A DNA stretch of 62,004 bases, filler included, from Globobulimina sp. (taxonomy: Eukaryota), in assembly GCA_003354225.1 (NCBI GenBank). It is 23 parts of 23 records of this genome, joined end to end, with 100 filler letters (N's around TTAATTAATTAA, not from the genome) between each part and the next. Parts side by side here need not be neighbours in the genome. Positions count along the whole stretch, not along the records: positions 10,809 to 13,409 come from PIVH01005788.1; positions 13,510 to 16,110 come from PIVH01005789.1; positions 16,211 to 18,811 come from PIVH01005790.1; positions 18,912 to 21,512 come from PIVH01005791.1; positions 21,613 to 24,213 come from PIVH01005792.1; 18 more parts are not named here. One strand, written 5' to 3'. The notes under the pieces were generated by a model. The model had not been told where the DNA came from. It did no database searches and saw only the letters and a program-made list of their open reading frames with translations. This document shows, piece by piece, positions 10,809-21,830 of this stretch (the first letter of the stretch is position 1; each line of letters begins with the position of its first letter). The translations under genes were made by a program, and so were the position numbers.

Positions 10809-12685
10809 GTACATTTTGCAAACAGTGGTTTTCGACATGGTCAATCTCAGGATTTGCCTCATTTAAAAGCAACATATAAGAATGTGAAAGCAGAAGTGTT
10901 GAATAATAAATACTGGCGATTATCCATATCAAATTGGAACAAGACGGTTGCCAAAGTCATCCAATTTCATAAATCGTTTGCTTCTGAAAAAATGAGAACA
11001 GATCGTGCTTCGATATACCATGACCAAATAATGGGACATAAAGCAACCTGGAATCGAGGCGAAACGCCCACAATTAAGGAAATTACGGTTATTAAATTGT
11101 ATACCGATTGGGATTCATTGCAATCCGAATTGAAAAAGTGTTTCAGGCTGGAATCAGGTACTCAATATGTGTGTTTTTTTAGTGTAGCAACCCCAACAAA
11201 TGTCTGTAACATTTGATAATTGTCAGTGGATGATATTGTTGAGAGTTATTCACCGAGTTTTTCGAAGCCGGGGTTGTTGCATCGTGCGTCAGCTCCCATG
11301 GAACTAGGACCTAAAAAGACTCTTAAACCACAATTGAGTGCTTTAAGAAATACAGTTTCATCCTATAAGTTGCTAAAAACGCTGACTCCACAACTGAGCT
11401 TAGATGAAGCCACATATAAATTAAAGGAGCGATTATGCGAATTTTTCAATTGGAGAGGAAGTTTGTTAGTATTTATAAACAAATTCAGCGAAATTATATT
11501 ACCAACGCGTAATAATAGAGAACATATATTATATCATGGCGTGAATCGAAGAATGATATTAAATCCTTCATCAACACAATCTTTCTATGGTCCATTATCA
11601 ACCACTTCTTCCTATTATGTGGCACAGACTTTTGCTTCTGACAAAGGAATGATATTAGCGGTCAGTTCGAAATATCCGCGACTTGGAATGTGTAATGCTT
11701 TTGATGCGTCGCCGATTTCTGACTATCCAGAGGAGCAAGAATGGCTCATTGGACACATTTATTTGCGAATAAGAAGGGTATATACCAAAGTATTCACGCA
11801 CGCTCCGTTGGACTCTAAATTGCGATATGCCTTCTTTGCTTTACATTTATTTCGAGAGCAGATGTTTTCGATGAATCCTATATTAGAAACCTACATTATT
11901 CCTTTCATTCAAATCCATTTAAGAGATGTTATGCTGATTCAGGTATAGTGGCTTCCTTATAATTAAATGCTGTTTATACGAAATGGAAATGAAAATTTTA
12001 TTTTAAGGACAAATGGTTATCGCAGCTGTTAGAGGAAGATAAGGAAAATAAAAACGACAATTATATGGATTATAAATACTTGCAAGAGATTCTGAAATGG
12101 AGAAGAGATGGATTTAAAACGCACACTCCGCGGTTACATAAAACATTTGAGGATACAGTGTCGACTCCGAACGAAGTGACTAAGAAAAGCAGGATATTTT
12201 ATATTTTAATTAAGAAATTCAATGAATTTGTGACTGAACCAAACCTAAAACAAATTTTGAGAATGGACTGCATTTCACCGGGATTAAGACCTTATTTTTT
12301 GAAGAAATCTGATGAAAGCTATACAATGAAAACGCAGCATAATGGATTGGATGAAGAAGTGGAACAGATTTGGTATCAGATATCATTTAAAAAACTGATT
12401 ACTTTCTTCCCCAATACAGAACAAATACATTTTTTAAATTGGTATAAATTTGACAACGTTGCATTAAAAGCGTTGATTACACAGATTAAGAGAAAAGAAA
12501 ATAAAATAAAGGTTGTTAAGTTTCTATATTATGATTATAAGGAACCGTTGGAAGAGCATCAATTCTTTTTTGATGATAAAAAATTGGATAAAACGAAAAT
12601 TGAGATATTAAGCAAGTTAGATTGGACAATTGATTGTAAAGTGGATAAAACGGGATATTCAATAAAATTGAAATATAAAATATAA
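10809..12685 (+). CDS. Divergent ADP-ribosyltransferase-fold protein (5' truncated, 3 exons)
   Basis: Introns 11158-11226 and 11943-12007 join three ORFs in frame. Motifs IKLYTD, LYHGV, GPLSTTSS..VAQTFA..KGMIL and ISDYPEEQEWL follow the R-S-ExE ART layout with His at the Arg position. Confidence 0.7.
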
Positions 12686-12846
12686 TCACGGTCAATATGT
12701 TTACTGTATATGAATATTTTTTTTTGATTAAATATATTGAAATATTGTTTTTTTGATTGGCTCCAAATAATTAGATATTGAATTTCAGACAAATTGATTT
12801 CAAACAAATTATTTTTTGGAAAGTTTTCACATAACATAACATAACC

Positions 12847-13373
12847 ATGCTTTCCTTCATGTCTTGCAATTCTTTATTTTTATTAATGGTGGCATTTGTT
12901 GCAGTTAAATGTTCCGTTACATCCAGCACAGAGATCCCAACTTCAAAAAGTATGTCAAAATTATATGAAACCTAGTAAAAACACTTTGTGATTTTAATTT
13001 GGTTTATATTATTAAATATTCAGTTGAATCAAACTCTGCTTTCGTGATTGATCAAAATGTTTTGATTTCCATTATTGTCACAATCTGTGGTTTAATGCTT
13101 ATTATTATTGGTGCATACTGTTGTTATAAAAGGAGAAAAGTGAGTAAAAGTGAAAGTAAATCATTAGATAAAGTAAGCACAGTAGATGCAGCCAATGAGA
13201 GTGAAAATGAGATATATGAATCAGATGTAAAACCTCGCTTTGAGGTACAATATATGAAGCAACAACCAACCGAATATCAAATGGATTTACATGTCAATTC
13301 GTCACAAAATGGACATAGCAAAGCGATCCAAACACAAAAGACATTTACTGCTTTTGACATATGCATTAATTAA
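12847..13373 (+). CDS. Small single-pass membrane protein (signal peptide exon plus TM exon)
   Basis: ATG 12847 MLSFMSCNSLFLLMVAF; probable intron about 12950-13023; TM helix followed by CCYKRRK. Confidence 0.55.
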
Positions 13374-13509
13374 TTATATATAGGTTTTTTTTTTTTGTGT
13401 GTTTCTTTTNNNNNNNNNNNNNNNNNNNNNNNNNNNNNNNNNNNNNNNNNNNNTTAATTAATTAANNNNNNNNNNNNNNNNNNNNNNNNNNNNNNNNNNN
13501 NNNNNNNNN

Positions 13510-14029
13510 CGATGCCGGTGGTCCGACCCGAGGCATATAACGATAACACGGCTTGGATTTGCACAAAAAACGCCGGCACATTGAAGGTCTCAAACATAAT
13601 TTGCACCATTTTCTCGCGATTGGCTTTGGGATTAAGCGGTGCTTCGGAGACTAAGCAGGGATGCTCTTCCGGTGCCACTCGCAATTCGTTGTAAAATGTA
13701 TGATGCCATATCTTCTCCATATCGTCCCAGTTAGTGACAATGGCATGTTCCACGGGGTAATGCAAGGATAATACACCGCGCTTAGATTGCGCTTCGTCGC
13801 CCACATAAAGCTCTTTCTGGCCCATGCCTAGCATTACATTTTGATGCCGCGGACGACCGACTATGGCGGGGAAAGAGGTGCGGGGCACATCGTCCCCGCT
13901 GAAACCTGCTTTAATCATTCCACTGCCGTTATCTATCACCACGGCGGCCACTTCGTCATCGTCGTCGTCATCTGGCTGTTCTGGTTGATAATCTTCCTCT
14001 GGTTCTTTCTCTGGCTCTTCTTCAGACAT
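13510..14029 (-). CDS. act: Actin (divergent, acidic N-terminal extension; 3' truncated)
   Basis: [76 protein letters not shown]. Confidence 0.97.
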
Positions 14030-14169
14030 GACTGGCTCAAAGGTTTTTTCGTGTGTTTTTATTGGGATTATTATTGAGAGGGGAAAAAATAAAAATAGTC
14101 ACTTAAAAAAAAATCAATGTATAAATACGACACACAGCTAGCATACACAAAAATGCTTGATGCAATTTT

Positions 14170-15009
14170 TTATTTATATTTTACACAAACGAAATTTGAA
14201 TACATATGTTTGTTCCCGATCTGTCCCTCGAGCTCACAGCCGGAGCCAGTTGTAATTGTATCGGTTGTTTTAAATTTTAATTTTTGGATATGATTAAATA
14301 ACAAGGTTTTGTCATTGATATTGGCAACACCCATTTTCTCCAAATCATCCATGGTTAGATTCCGCAATAAATGGCCATCAATATTATTTACGCAAAATCC
14401 ATATTGATATTTTGCAAATTGCGCATTTTCTAATTTCGAAAGCCATGACATTACCTCATCCACGTTCCATTTCTTATAATTTGCGGTGTATGCACAGGCA
14501 TTTGGCACTGATGCATTTGTTACCGAATTATAAGCATTTAACAAAGTGCTATTTTGATTTTCAACGATTGCAATATAATTCTGTTGTTGCGTAAGTTGTA
14601 CTGATAAGATATTATTTCGATCCATCAAATTTTGAATTAATTTATTTTGCTCATTTAATTTTTCTTCCATTTGTTGCACATAATTTGCATTTCGTAAATG
14701 TTGCTTTTGTTCAACTTGTATTTGTTGCTGTTTTTGATGATTTGTGATTGGATTTGCAGTTGGATTTGGACATTGAATTATGTTTAAGTTATTTTTATGG
14801 CATTTAGGATATTGAGGTGTTTTGGAGTTTTTGTTATGTATCGCCACATATTTGGTATTGCCACGCATAAATGGAGCTTGTGGTTGTTTCATTTTCTTAT
14901 TATTTAATGTGATATTCTTTGAAAGCACATTTAGATCAATTGTTAAATTATTATTCCAGTAGCCACTGGTCGCCGGGAATTGATGTCTTTTTGCAACTTT
15001 TTGGGACAT
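14170..15009 (-). CDS. SAM-domain protein with coiled coil
   Basis: WNVDEVMSWL...FCVNNIDGHLLRNLTMDDLEKMGV...LFNHIQKL is a typical SAM pattern. Confidence 0.8.
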   Translation of the reverse strand: MSQKVAKRHQFPATSGYWNNNLTIDLNVLSKNITLNNKKMKQPQAPFMRGNTKYVAIHNKNSKTPQYPKCHKNNLNIIQCPNPTANPITNHQKQQQIQVEQKQHLRNANYVQQMEEKLNEQNKLIQNLMDRNNILSVQLTQQQNYIAIVENQNSTLLNAYNSVTNASVPNACAYTANYKKWNVDEVMSWLSKLENAQFAKYQYGFCVNNIDGHLLRNLTMDDLEKMGVANINDKTLLFNHIQKLKFKTTDTITTGSGCELEGQIGNKHMYSNFVCVKYK

Positions 15010-15095
15010 GATCAAGTTTTAGTAAACAAAGAAACGCACAAACAAAATATAGTAATAGTAAAAAACTTTTAAACTGTTGTTACATTTTAAACTTG

Positions 15096-15719
15096 ATGGC
15101 AGAATTAAAACAACCAGATGACAAAGGTGATGATGCCAAGATTGAACACGAAGAAGATGATAAAAACGAGGAGAAAAAAAATGATGGTAAAATAGTAAAC
15201 ATTGGAAAGAAAGAATCAATAAAGATATTATTTTTGGATATAGATGGTGTGATGAATGGAGCTATAGATTTATTTGGTTATGGTGCTGATGAACTATTTA
15301 AAGCACATCGCATCAATCGGTTGAAGCATATATTGGATAAAACAAATTGTAAAGTTGTGTTATCATCAGCGTGGAGACGACATGTCGACGGAAAGAATCA
15401 AATCAAACAAGCCTTTACTAAAAAAGGGATCAAATGGGATAATGTTTATATTGGAGACACACCCATTGAGGATAGTTTTTATTGTCAGGTCAATCCAAGT
15501 TATGATGTTTGGACACAAAGAACTTATGAAATTGACAAATATCTAAAATCCATTCAAGCAACATATATGGTTGAGGCGTGGTGTGCCGTCGATGACATGG
15601 AGTTGGACCGAGGTCTCGTGGACAAACAAATTATGGCAGGGCATTTTGTTGCAACCGATGCATATGTTGGCTTAACAGATACGGATACTTTGAAAATAAT
15701 AAACATTTTGAACAAATAA
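15096..15719 (+). CDS. HAD-superfamily phosphatase of the Swiss-Army-knife RNA-repair (HAD_SAK_2) type
   Basis: FLDIDGVMN, VVLSSAWR, GDTP, R..EI..YL, WCAVDD, GLT. Confidence 0.8.
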   Translation: MAELKQPDDKGDDAKIEHEEDDKNEEKKNDGKIVNIGKKESIKILFLDIDGVMNGAIDLFGYGADELFKAHRINRLKHILDKTNCKVVLSSAWRRHVDGKNQIKQAFTKKGIKWDNVYIGDTPIEDSFYCQVNPSYDVWTQRTYEIDKYLKSIQATYMVEAWCAVDDMELDRGLVDKQIMAGHFVATDAYVGLTDTDTLKIINILNK

Positions 15720-15748
15720 TTAATGTGAAAAAAAATAAGAATTTTGTG

Positions 15749-16030
15749 TTACAATATGTTCGAGTCAGTGTTTTGAGGCAGGTTTTTTGCTGGATGTAAA
15801 TGAATTTCATAATCAACCACAGAGTTCCTCACCTCGCGTGCTTGTTTTTTGCATCGATAAAAGACGCATGCATAGGCACAGATAGACACAATGAATAATA
15901 TGACCATTGCGGCTAATAGATTTATGAGATTTGAATCATAAGTTCCAGCTTGGAATACATAACGATATCTTGAAATTTCATTGGGATGGAATTGAAGACG
16001 ACCTTTGTTGGCACAAAGCTTGAATTGCAT
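15749..16030 (-). CDS. 3' part of a single-pass membrane protein
   Basis: One hydrophobic helix followed by YRCKK; probably continues to the contig edge. Confidence 0.4.
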   Translation of the reverse strand: MQFKLCANKGRLQFHPNEISRYRYVFQAGTYDSNLINLLAAMVILFIVSICAYACVFYRCKKQAREVRNSVVDYEIHLHPAKNLPQNTDSNIL

Positions 16031-16704
16031 GTCCCATGCACATCCAATTAAATCTCTGTATGCATAATTGTTTGCAGCAACGCATGTTTCAAATACAAAT
16101 TATTTGCACANNNNNNNNNNNNNNNNNNNNNNNNNNNNNNNNNNNNNNNNNNNNTTAATTAATTAANNNNNNNNNNNNNNNNNNNNNNNNNNNNNNNNNN
16201 NNNNNNNNNNTAATCTGTAAAAAACTGTAAATTCAAAGAGTTTACAGTAAAAACAGTAATTTCAAACTGAAAAGCAAAAAGTTAAATGTTACCTTTAACA
16301 TTTTATTATTAACCTATTTTCCTTCCATTTTGTTTGTAATCTGTTTGATTGCTTATTATCAGTTTATTTGTTCATTGAGAAAGAAGAAATTGAATTGGAA
16401 GTTATGTGTTGACTGCAGAAATAAAGAGAGTTTGATAGAATATTATCGGATTTATATTTTTCGAACATTTCCAAACATTCAAATCCCTCTAAAAGTACTA
16501 CGACGAAAAAAGAGGATTTCAGTGTGGATGAACCGTCATTGTCGGAATACACATTGTTAGGAATGCGAGTTCGTGCCAAAGAGTTATTATTTCGTACCAC
16601 ATTTATCAGTAAACCAAAGTTGGAGGTCATTGTATGGTGTCACTTTTGGTTCATAACTATAGATTGATTATTGTTTAATAAGTTTGTCTTAAATCAAAGT
16701 CCAA

Positions 16705-16910
16705 TCGAAAATTAAGTCTGGAAATCTGAAGTTTAAGTCTGAAAATCCGAAATTAAGTCTGGATCTGAGTTTAAGTCTGAAAATCTGAAATTAAGTCTAA
16801 ATCCGAAATTAAGTCTAAATCCGAAATTAAGTCTGGATCTGAGTTTAAGTCTGAAAATCCGAAATTAAGTCTAAATCCGAAATTAAGTCTGAAAATCAGA
16901 AATTAAGTCT
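16705..16910 (+). repeat. Subterminal tandem array of 18/20-bp units (core TTAAGTCT), left arm
   Basis: About 11 units such as TCCGAAATTAAGTCTAAA and TCTGAGTTTAAGTCTGAAAA. Confidence 0.9.
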
Positions 16911-17664
16911 TGGATGAAAGTTTTTCAATATACTTCACTTAAAAAGATACACTCAACTTACACTCATCATTTCATGGCTCTCAGTCACAAGCTAAAGCTA
17001 CAGGTACGTACCTTGTTCTGTATGTATTTATTTTGGCGGTTTAATTCAACCGTACATGATACAAAACATACACGAGCACCATATCAACAATGAGCCAAAT
17101 AACACACGCAAACACATATCAACAATGAGCCAAATAATACGCAGAACCAACAACACTGAGCCAATAATACGCAAACCATCAACGATAATGAACCAATACA
17201 TCGCGCAAAACCATCAACAATGTTTTGGTTTAGTTCCATGCGCAAATATGCCATCATTAATATCAGCATTTACAAAATTTTGCATGAATACAATATCAAT
17301 CCATCCTAAGGATCATTAACATCTGGTTTAAATAAATACGAAATGTCTACATGCATCACTACACCATATTTATATCTTATTGTTGATGGTTTTGCGCGAT
17401 GTGGCTCATTGTTGTTGGTTCTGCGTATTATTTGGCTCATTGTTGATATGGGTTTGCGTGTGTCATTCTTTGGGAACAACGTATTGATGGCGATGGTGCT
17501 CGTGTTTGTTTTGTATCATGTACGGTTGAATTAAACCGCCAAAATAAATACATACAGAACAGGGTACGTACATGTAGCTTTAGCTTGTGACTGAGAGCCA
17601 TGAAATGATGAGTTTAAGTTGAGTGTATCTTTTTAAGTGAAGTATATTGCAAAAACTTTCATCC

Positions 17665-18020
17665 AAGACTTAATTTCGGATTTTCAGAGTTAAACCCAGA
17701 TCCAGACTTAATTTAGGATTTAGACTTATTTCACACTTAAACTCAGATCCAGACTTAATTTCGGATTTTCAGACTTAATTTCGGATTTTCAGACTTAAAC
17801 TCAGATCCAGACTTATTTTCGGATTTAGACTTAATTTCGGATTTAGACTAAATTTCAGATTTTCAGATTTTCAGACTTAAACTCAGATCCAAACTTAATT
17901 TCTGATTTAGACTTAATTTCTGGTTTTCAGACTTAAACCCAGATCCAAACTTAATTTCTAATTTAGACTTATTTTCGGATTTTCAGACTTAAACTTCAGA
18001 TTTCCAGACTTAATTTTCGA
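17665..18020 (-). repeat. Subterminal tandem array of the same unit, right arm (inverted, more copies)
   Basis: Roughly 19 AGACTTAA-core units, some degenerate. Confidence 0.9.
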
Positions 18021-19003
18021 TTGGATTTTGATTAAAGACAAACTTATTAAACAATAATCAATCTATAGTTATGAACCAAAAGTGACACCATACTTAGTGC
18101 TTCGTTCGTATATAGACCATCAACAATCAGTCCATATTTTATAATATCTACAATATGTAATGGAGTATTATAAAATATTGGATTCATCACTATAATTATT
18201 AAATGATTTCCATTCATTCCATATAAATGCAGTATTTGTAGCTATAATACTCACATCATGATCAAAATTGATTTGATATTTAGGACTTGTTTTCAATATA
18301 ACATTGTAGTAATTTGACTTTGTTTTATCTGTTATATAATTTAATTAACATTTGGTGTGTTTTTAATGCTATTGCAAAATGATTATCATTTTTATTTATC
18401 AGGTTTACCAAATATGTAATTAAAAAACTAAATAAATATTTGGCAAATAAATAAATAAATCACATTTATTTGTAATAATGGACTGGACCACCATCTGAAA
18501 GAAATATTTAATTCTTTGAAAAAAGTATCTTTTGATATGATGTTTTTATCAAACACTGAATGATTTGGTAAACACATTATATTCAATTTTATTCCTTTAT
18601 TATTTTTCAATAAATGAATTTAATGTTATTTCAATTGCTTTGAATAATAATTCACAATTGATATCATGCTCAAATAACCATCCAAATTTATGTTATGTGT
18701 AATCAATTTACAATATTGATACAGATCAAATCCGGAAAATTGTTTCTTTTTCTTCAGTTGTTAGCACTGCCGGGCCTCATAATTTGATGAGTGGATTATT
18801 TTGGTTTCTACNNNNNNNNNNNNNNNNNNNNNNNNNNNNNNNNNNNNNNNNNNNNTTAATTAATTAANNNNNNNNNNNNNNNNNNNNNNNNNNNNNNNNN
18901 NNNNNNNNNNNATGTCGCCGATTGCTCAAACATCGACGCGAGAAAATAGTGGTGATGTACTGAGCAAGTTTTTGTGTCAGTCACAAAAAATACAAATGTC
19001 ATA

Positions 19004-20098
19004 ATGGAAGTGTTGCAACGTTGTCGTCGGCTTGGATTTCCAGTATTAATTAAAACAGATAAAAAAATTGGTGATTTAGACTCAGTGACATTATTATGGC
19101 TTTTTTATTATTTGCTGGAGATATATGAACCGACATGGACTCATTCACCAAAAGCATTTACAAAATCAAATTACAAACCTTTAGCAAACTCAATGAGATT
19201 ATTGGAACTTGCTCATAAATGTCCAAAATCAAAAGAACTTAAAAAACCATTTGAATATAAACGGTCTATCACCTCTTCGTTAGGCTGCATTTTGGATAAA
19301 TTGGAAGCAAAATACGGCAAAAACAAATTATATTCCACGCGATTTCAACATCCGTCAATCAACGGAATGATGCAAATAAAACAAAATAAAAATATCAAAA
19401 AAAAACAGAATAAAACTAATAAAAATAATAAAAAGATTTCTGAACAAAAGAAAGTTGAAATTCCGAGAGCTACATCAAAAGATTTGATTCCTTCTCAATT
19501 ATATGAGTCTAAAAAAGAAGAAACAGCGGAAAATGTGGCAAAACATCATAGAGAGGAAAAAGCCATGGAATGTATTGACGGAAATAATAAACAAACACCG
19601 CTACCAAACCATAGAAATCTAAATAATAATAATAATAATTATAATTACAACAATAGCAATGAGCAAGATATTGTAATGGGGGAATATTGTGATTTGGATG
19701 CATATAGTTTCAAAGTACCAAATTTTCGAAATGAGACCGTGTCATTTCATGTAAAAATGCAAGAGAATGATGAAAATTTAACAATGACTCAACGATTTGA
19801 ACAATTACAACAAAAACAATCGGAAAGCTTGAGCAAAATAAATAAAATGAAAGAAGAATATGGTAAAATTGCCAAAGATCTTTGCAAATATTATTCGTTT
19901 CATGCAAAATCATTTCAAAATAGCTCGAGTACTGATTATGCATTGTTTCAATTGGAAAGCATTAAACAAAAACTTGAATCAGAAGAAAAACTTAAAAATG
20001 AGAAATGTAATTATAAATCTGTTGAATTAATGGACGAGGATGGCATTGACAATTTGTTAAATGCATTAAGTAATGAACTCAATGACTGGCGCAAATAG
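19004..20098 (+). CDS. Hypothetical protein with C-terminal coiled coil
   Basis: ORF of about 365 aa; no recognised motif. Confidence 0.65.
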   Translation: MEVLQRCRRLGFPVLIKTDKKIGDLDSVTLLWLFYYLLEIYEPTWTHSPKAFTKSNYKPLANSMRLLELAHKCPKSKELKKPFEYKRSITSSLGCILDKLEAKYGKNKLYSTRFQHPSINGMMQIKQNKNIKKKQNKTNKNNKKISEQKKVEIPRATSKDLIPSQLYESKKEETAENVAKHHREEKAMECIDGNNKQTPLPNHRNLNNNNNNYNYNNSNEQDIVMGEYCDLDAYSFKVPNFRNETVSFHVKMQENDENLTMTQRFEQLQQKQSESLSKINKMKEEYGKIAKDLCKYYSFHAKSFQNSSSTDYALFQLESIKQKLESEEKLKNEKCNYKSVELMDEDGIDNLLNALSNELNDWRK

Positions 20099-20423
20099 CA
20101 AATATTATAAACTGTTACTGTTCTGTTTCTTTTTTTTTCTTTCAATTATTTAAGATTAAAACCAGACTGAGACGGCCCAGTGGCCAGTCCTAGGTATCAC
20201 TTATCAGCAGAAAAGAAAGCAGAAAATAAAATAAAATAAAATTCAAAGTTTTTATTCTCTATTACTGTACAAATAACACTGTGGTCGCTCCCTTCCGCGC
20301 ATATATATTTCCCATGATATGATTTAAACGCAATTCCGTCATAGCCAGTCTTAACAACTATAAATCGTTCCAGTTCAGAGATGCCGCCGTGCTCGACTTT
20401 TCTTCACTGAGTAGGAGCAAGCA

Positions 20424-20519
20424 GGAGTCGAGGAGCGAGCATCTGCTCGACTCGACTTCCATTTTTGCCTTTTTTATCTGCTCGACTCGGCTCGACTCGA
20501 CTCGACTCGACTCGACTCG
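20424..20519. repeat. (CTCGA)n microsatellite and GC-rich hairpin in the retroelement 3' region
   Basis: CTCGA tandem at 20481-20519; GAGTCGAG...CGAGC-ATCT-GCTCG-ACTCGACT hairpin at about 20424-20460. Confidence 0.7.
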
Positions 20520-20607
20520 TTCATATAGATGTTTGTCATTTAAGAGTGAGAGCCAGAGCCGAGGCCATCAGAGTCAGAGTCTAGTGATAGTAGTAGTGGG
20601 GTAAAAT

Positions 20608-21512
20608 TCAATCGGGTTTTAAGTCCGATTCCAGGCTCACAGATTGCTGGAACATCCCTGTGAGAGTTAAAATGAATCCATCACTGGATCCTGGTGGTAT
20701 ATTAAATGATTTATATTTGGCGTACTGGGTGGAATCTATAGTCGGTATTATTAGGTTATTGTTGTTTGGGTGCAGTCGTCCTATATTTGCCAGTTTATCA
20801 GCGATACCATTGTAGACCTGCGAGACTGGTTTGGTATGTGATTTGATTTTCCAGAGTATGGTTTTTGTGTCAATTATGTGTTTTTGTGTTTCTCTGAATA
20901 GGTGTTTATAGGTTAATTTGTTGACATTTTTTGGCGTAATTATTAAGGAAATGAAGTTGGTCATTGAATCCGTGAAGATGATCAGTCTCCTGTTGTCGCA
21001 GTCTATTTTACAGAGATTTAGTATGGGCTTTGTTTTGGCAATGGCTATTAGTTCACCATAGTGAGTGGTTTGGGTCTTTGGGAGCCTATCGGTTGAGCAT
21101 AACAATGGATGGTATTGTTGTCTCTTATCATGACTCCTATCCCGGTTCGATTGTGTTCGGTCGAGGCATCTGTGGCTATTAAAATATCTGTTTGCCTTAT
21201 TCGATGTCTATAATTGTACCAATCTGTTATTGAATCATTTCTGGTGTGATGGATCAGCATTCTGTCATCGATTGTGTTGTGCTGATTTATCAGGTATCTT
21301 AAAGTTATTTGGTTGTTATGGATTCGGTAAACGTAGTCAAGGTATCTATGTGTGTGGGAGATGATTCTTTTGTAGAATGTGTTTGTGGGGTGAGAAATAT
21401 CTGATTTCCGGTGCTTATAAGTGAATGTTAAATTGGTCTCATCGAAGCCGTTGGCACCGCATAAAGGGTGTTGCAAAAGTCTGTTCACCCCAAACAGTAA
21501 ATGCACTGTAAC
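20608..21512 (-). mobile_element. 3' end of a retroelement pol ORF with RNase H domain, frameshifted (probably non-LTR)
   Basis: RNase HI catalytic set split over two frames: IATDAS..RTGIG, then YGELIAI, IFTDSM, WKIKSHT, NGIADKLA. An ~8-nt duplication-like insertion near 21067-21083 breaks the frame. Confidence 0.75.
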
Positions 21513-21742
21513 NNNNNNNNNNNNNNNNNNNNNNNNNNNNNNNNNNNNNNNNNNNNTTAATTAATTAANNNNNNNNNNNNNNNNNNNNNNNNNNNNNNNN
21601 NNNNNNNNNNNNCAACAAAGGTGATATTTTCTCGAATTTTATCGCAAAGACAAAGACTACTTTTTTTGATATTTTTACTTCAAAGAAAAACCCAAAAACC
21701 AACTCTTCACTATCAACCATACTCTCTTGACAAAAACCAACT

Positions 21743-21828
21743 CACATCCAATTCGTCGCATCCAATTCCTCACATCCAATTCGTCGCATCCAATTCGTCG
21801 CATCCAATTCCTCACATCCAATCGCATC
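21743..21828 (+). repeat. 14-bp tandem repeat (CATCCAATTCGTCG / CATCCAATTCCTCA), about 6 units
   Basis: Directly visible; ends just before ATG 21831. Confidence 0.9.
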
Positions 21829-21830
21829 AA

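Larger units (their letters stand above)
16632..18093. mobile_element. Non-autonomous foldback-type element with ~600-700 bp inverted arms
   Basis: Left arm about 16632-17222 is the reverse complement of right arm about 17379-18093. Termini are GTATGGTGTCACTTTTGG...CCAAAAGTGACACCATAC. The loop is ~155 bp and there is no transposase ORF. Confidence 0.88.

Noticed and set aside
17056-17534. Small ORFs inside the foldback element
   Set aside because: They are translations of the inner repeats; there is no transposase motif.
16705-18020. 18-20 bp repeats as a possible CRISPR array
   Set aside because: The units are head-to-tail without unique spacers, occur as inverted arms, and no cas genes are present.
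20161-20215. Possible hammerhead ribozyme (CTGATAAG plus hairpin)
   Set aside because: No GAAA core at the right spacing and no complete three-stem fold.
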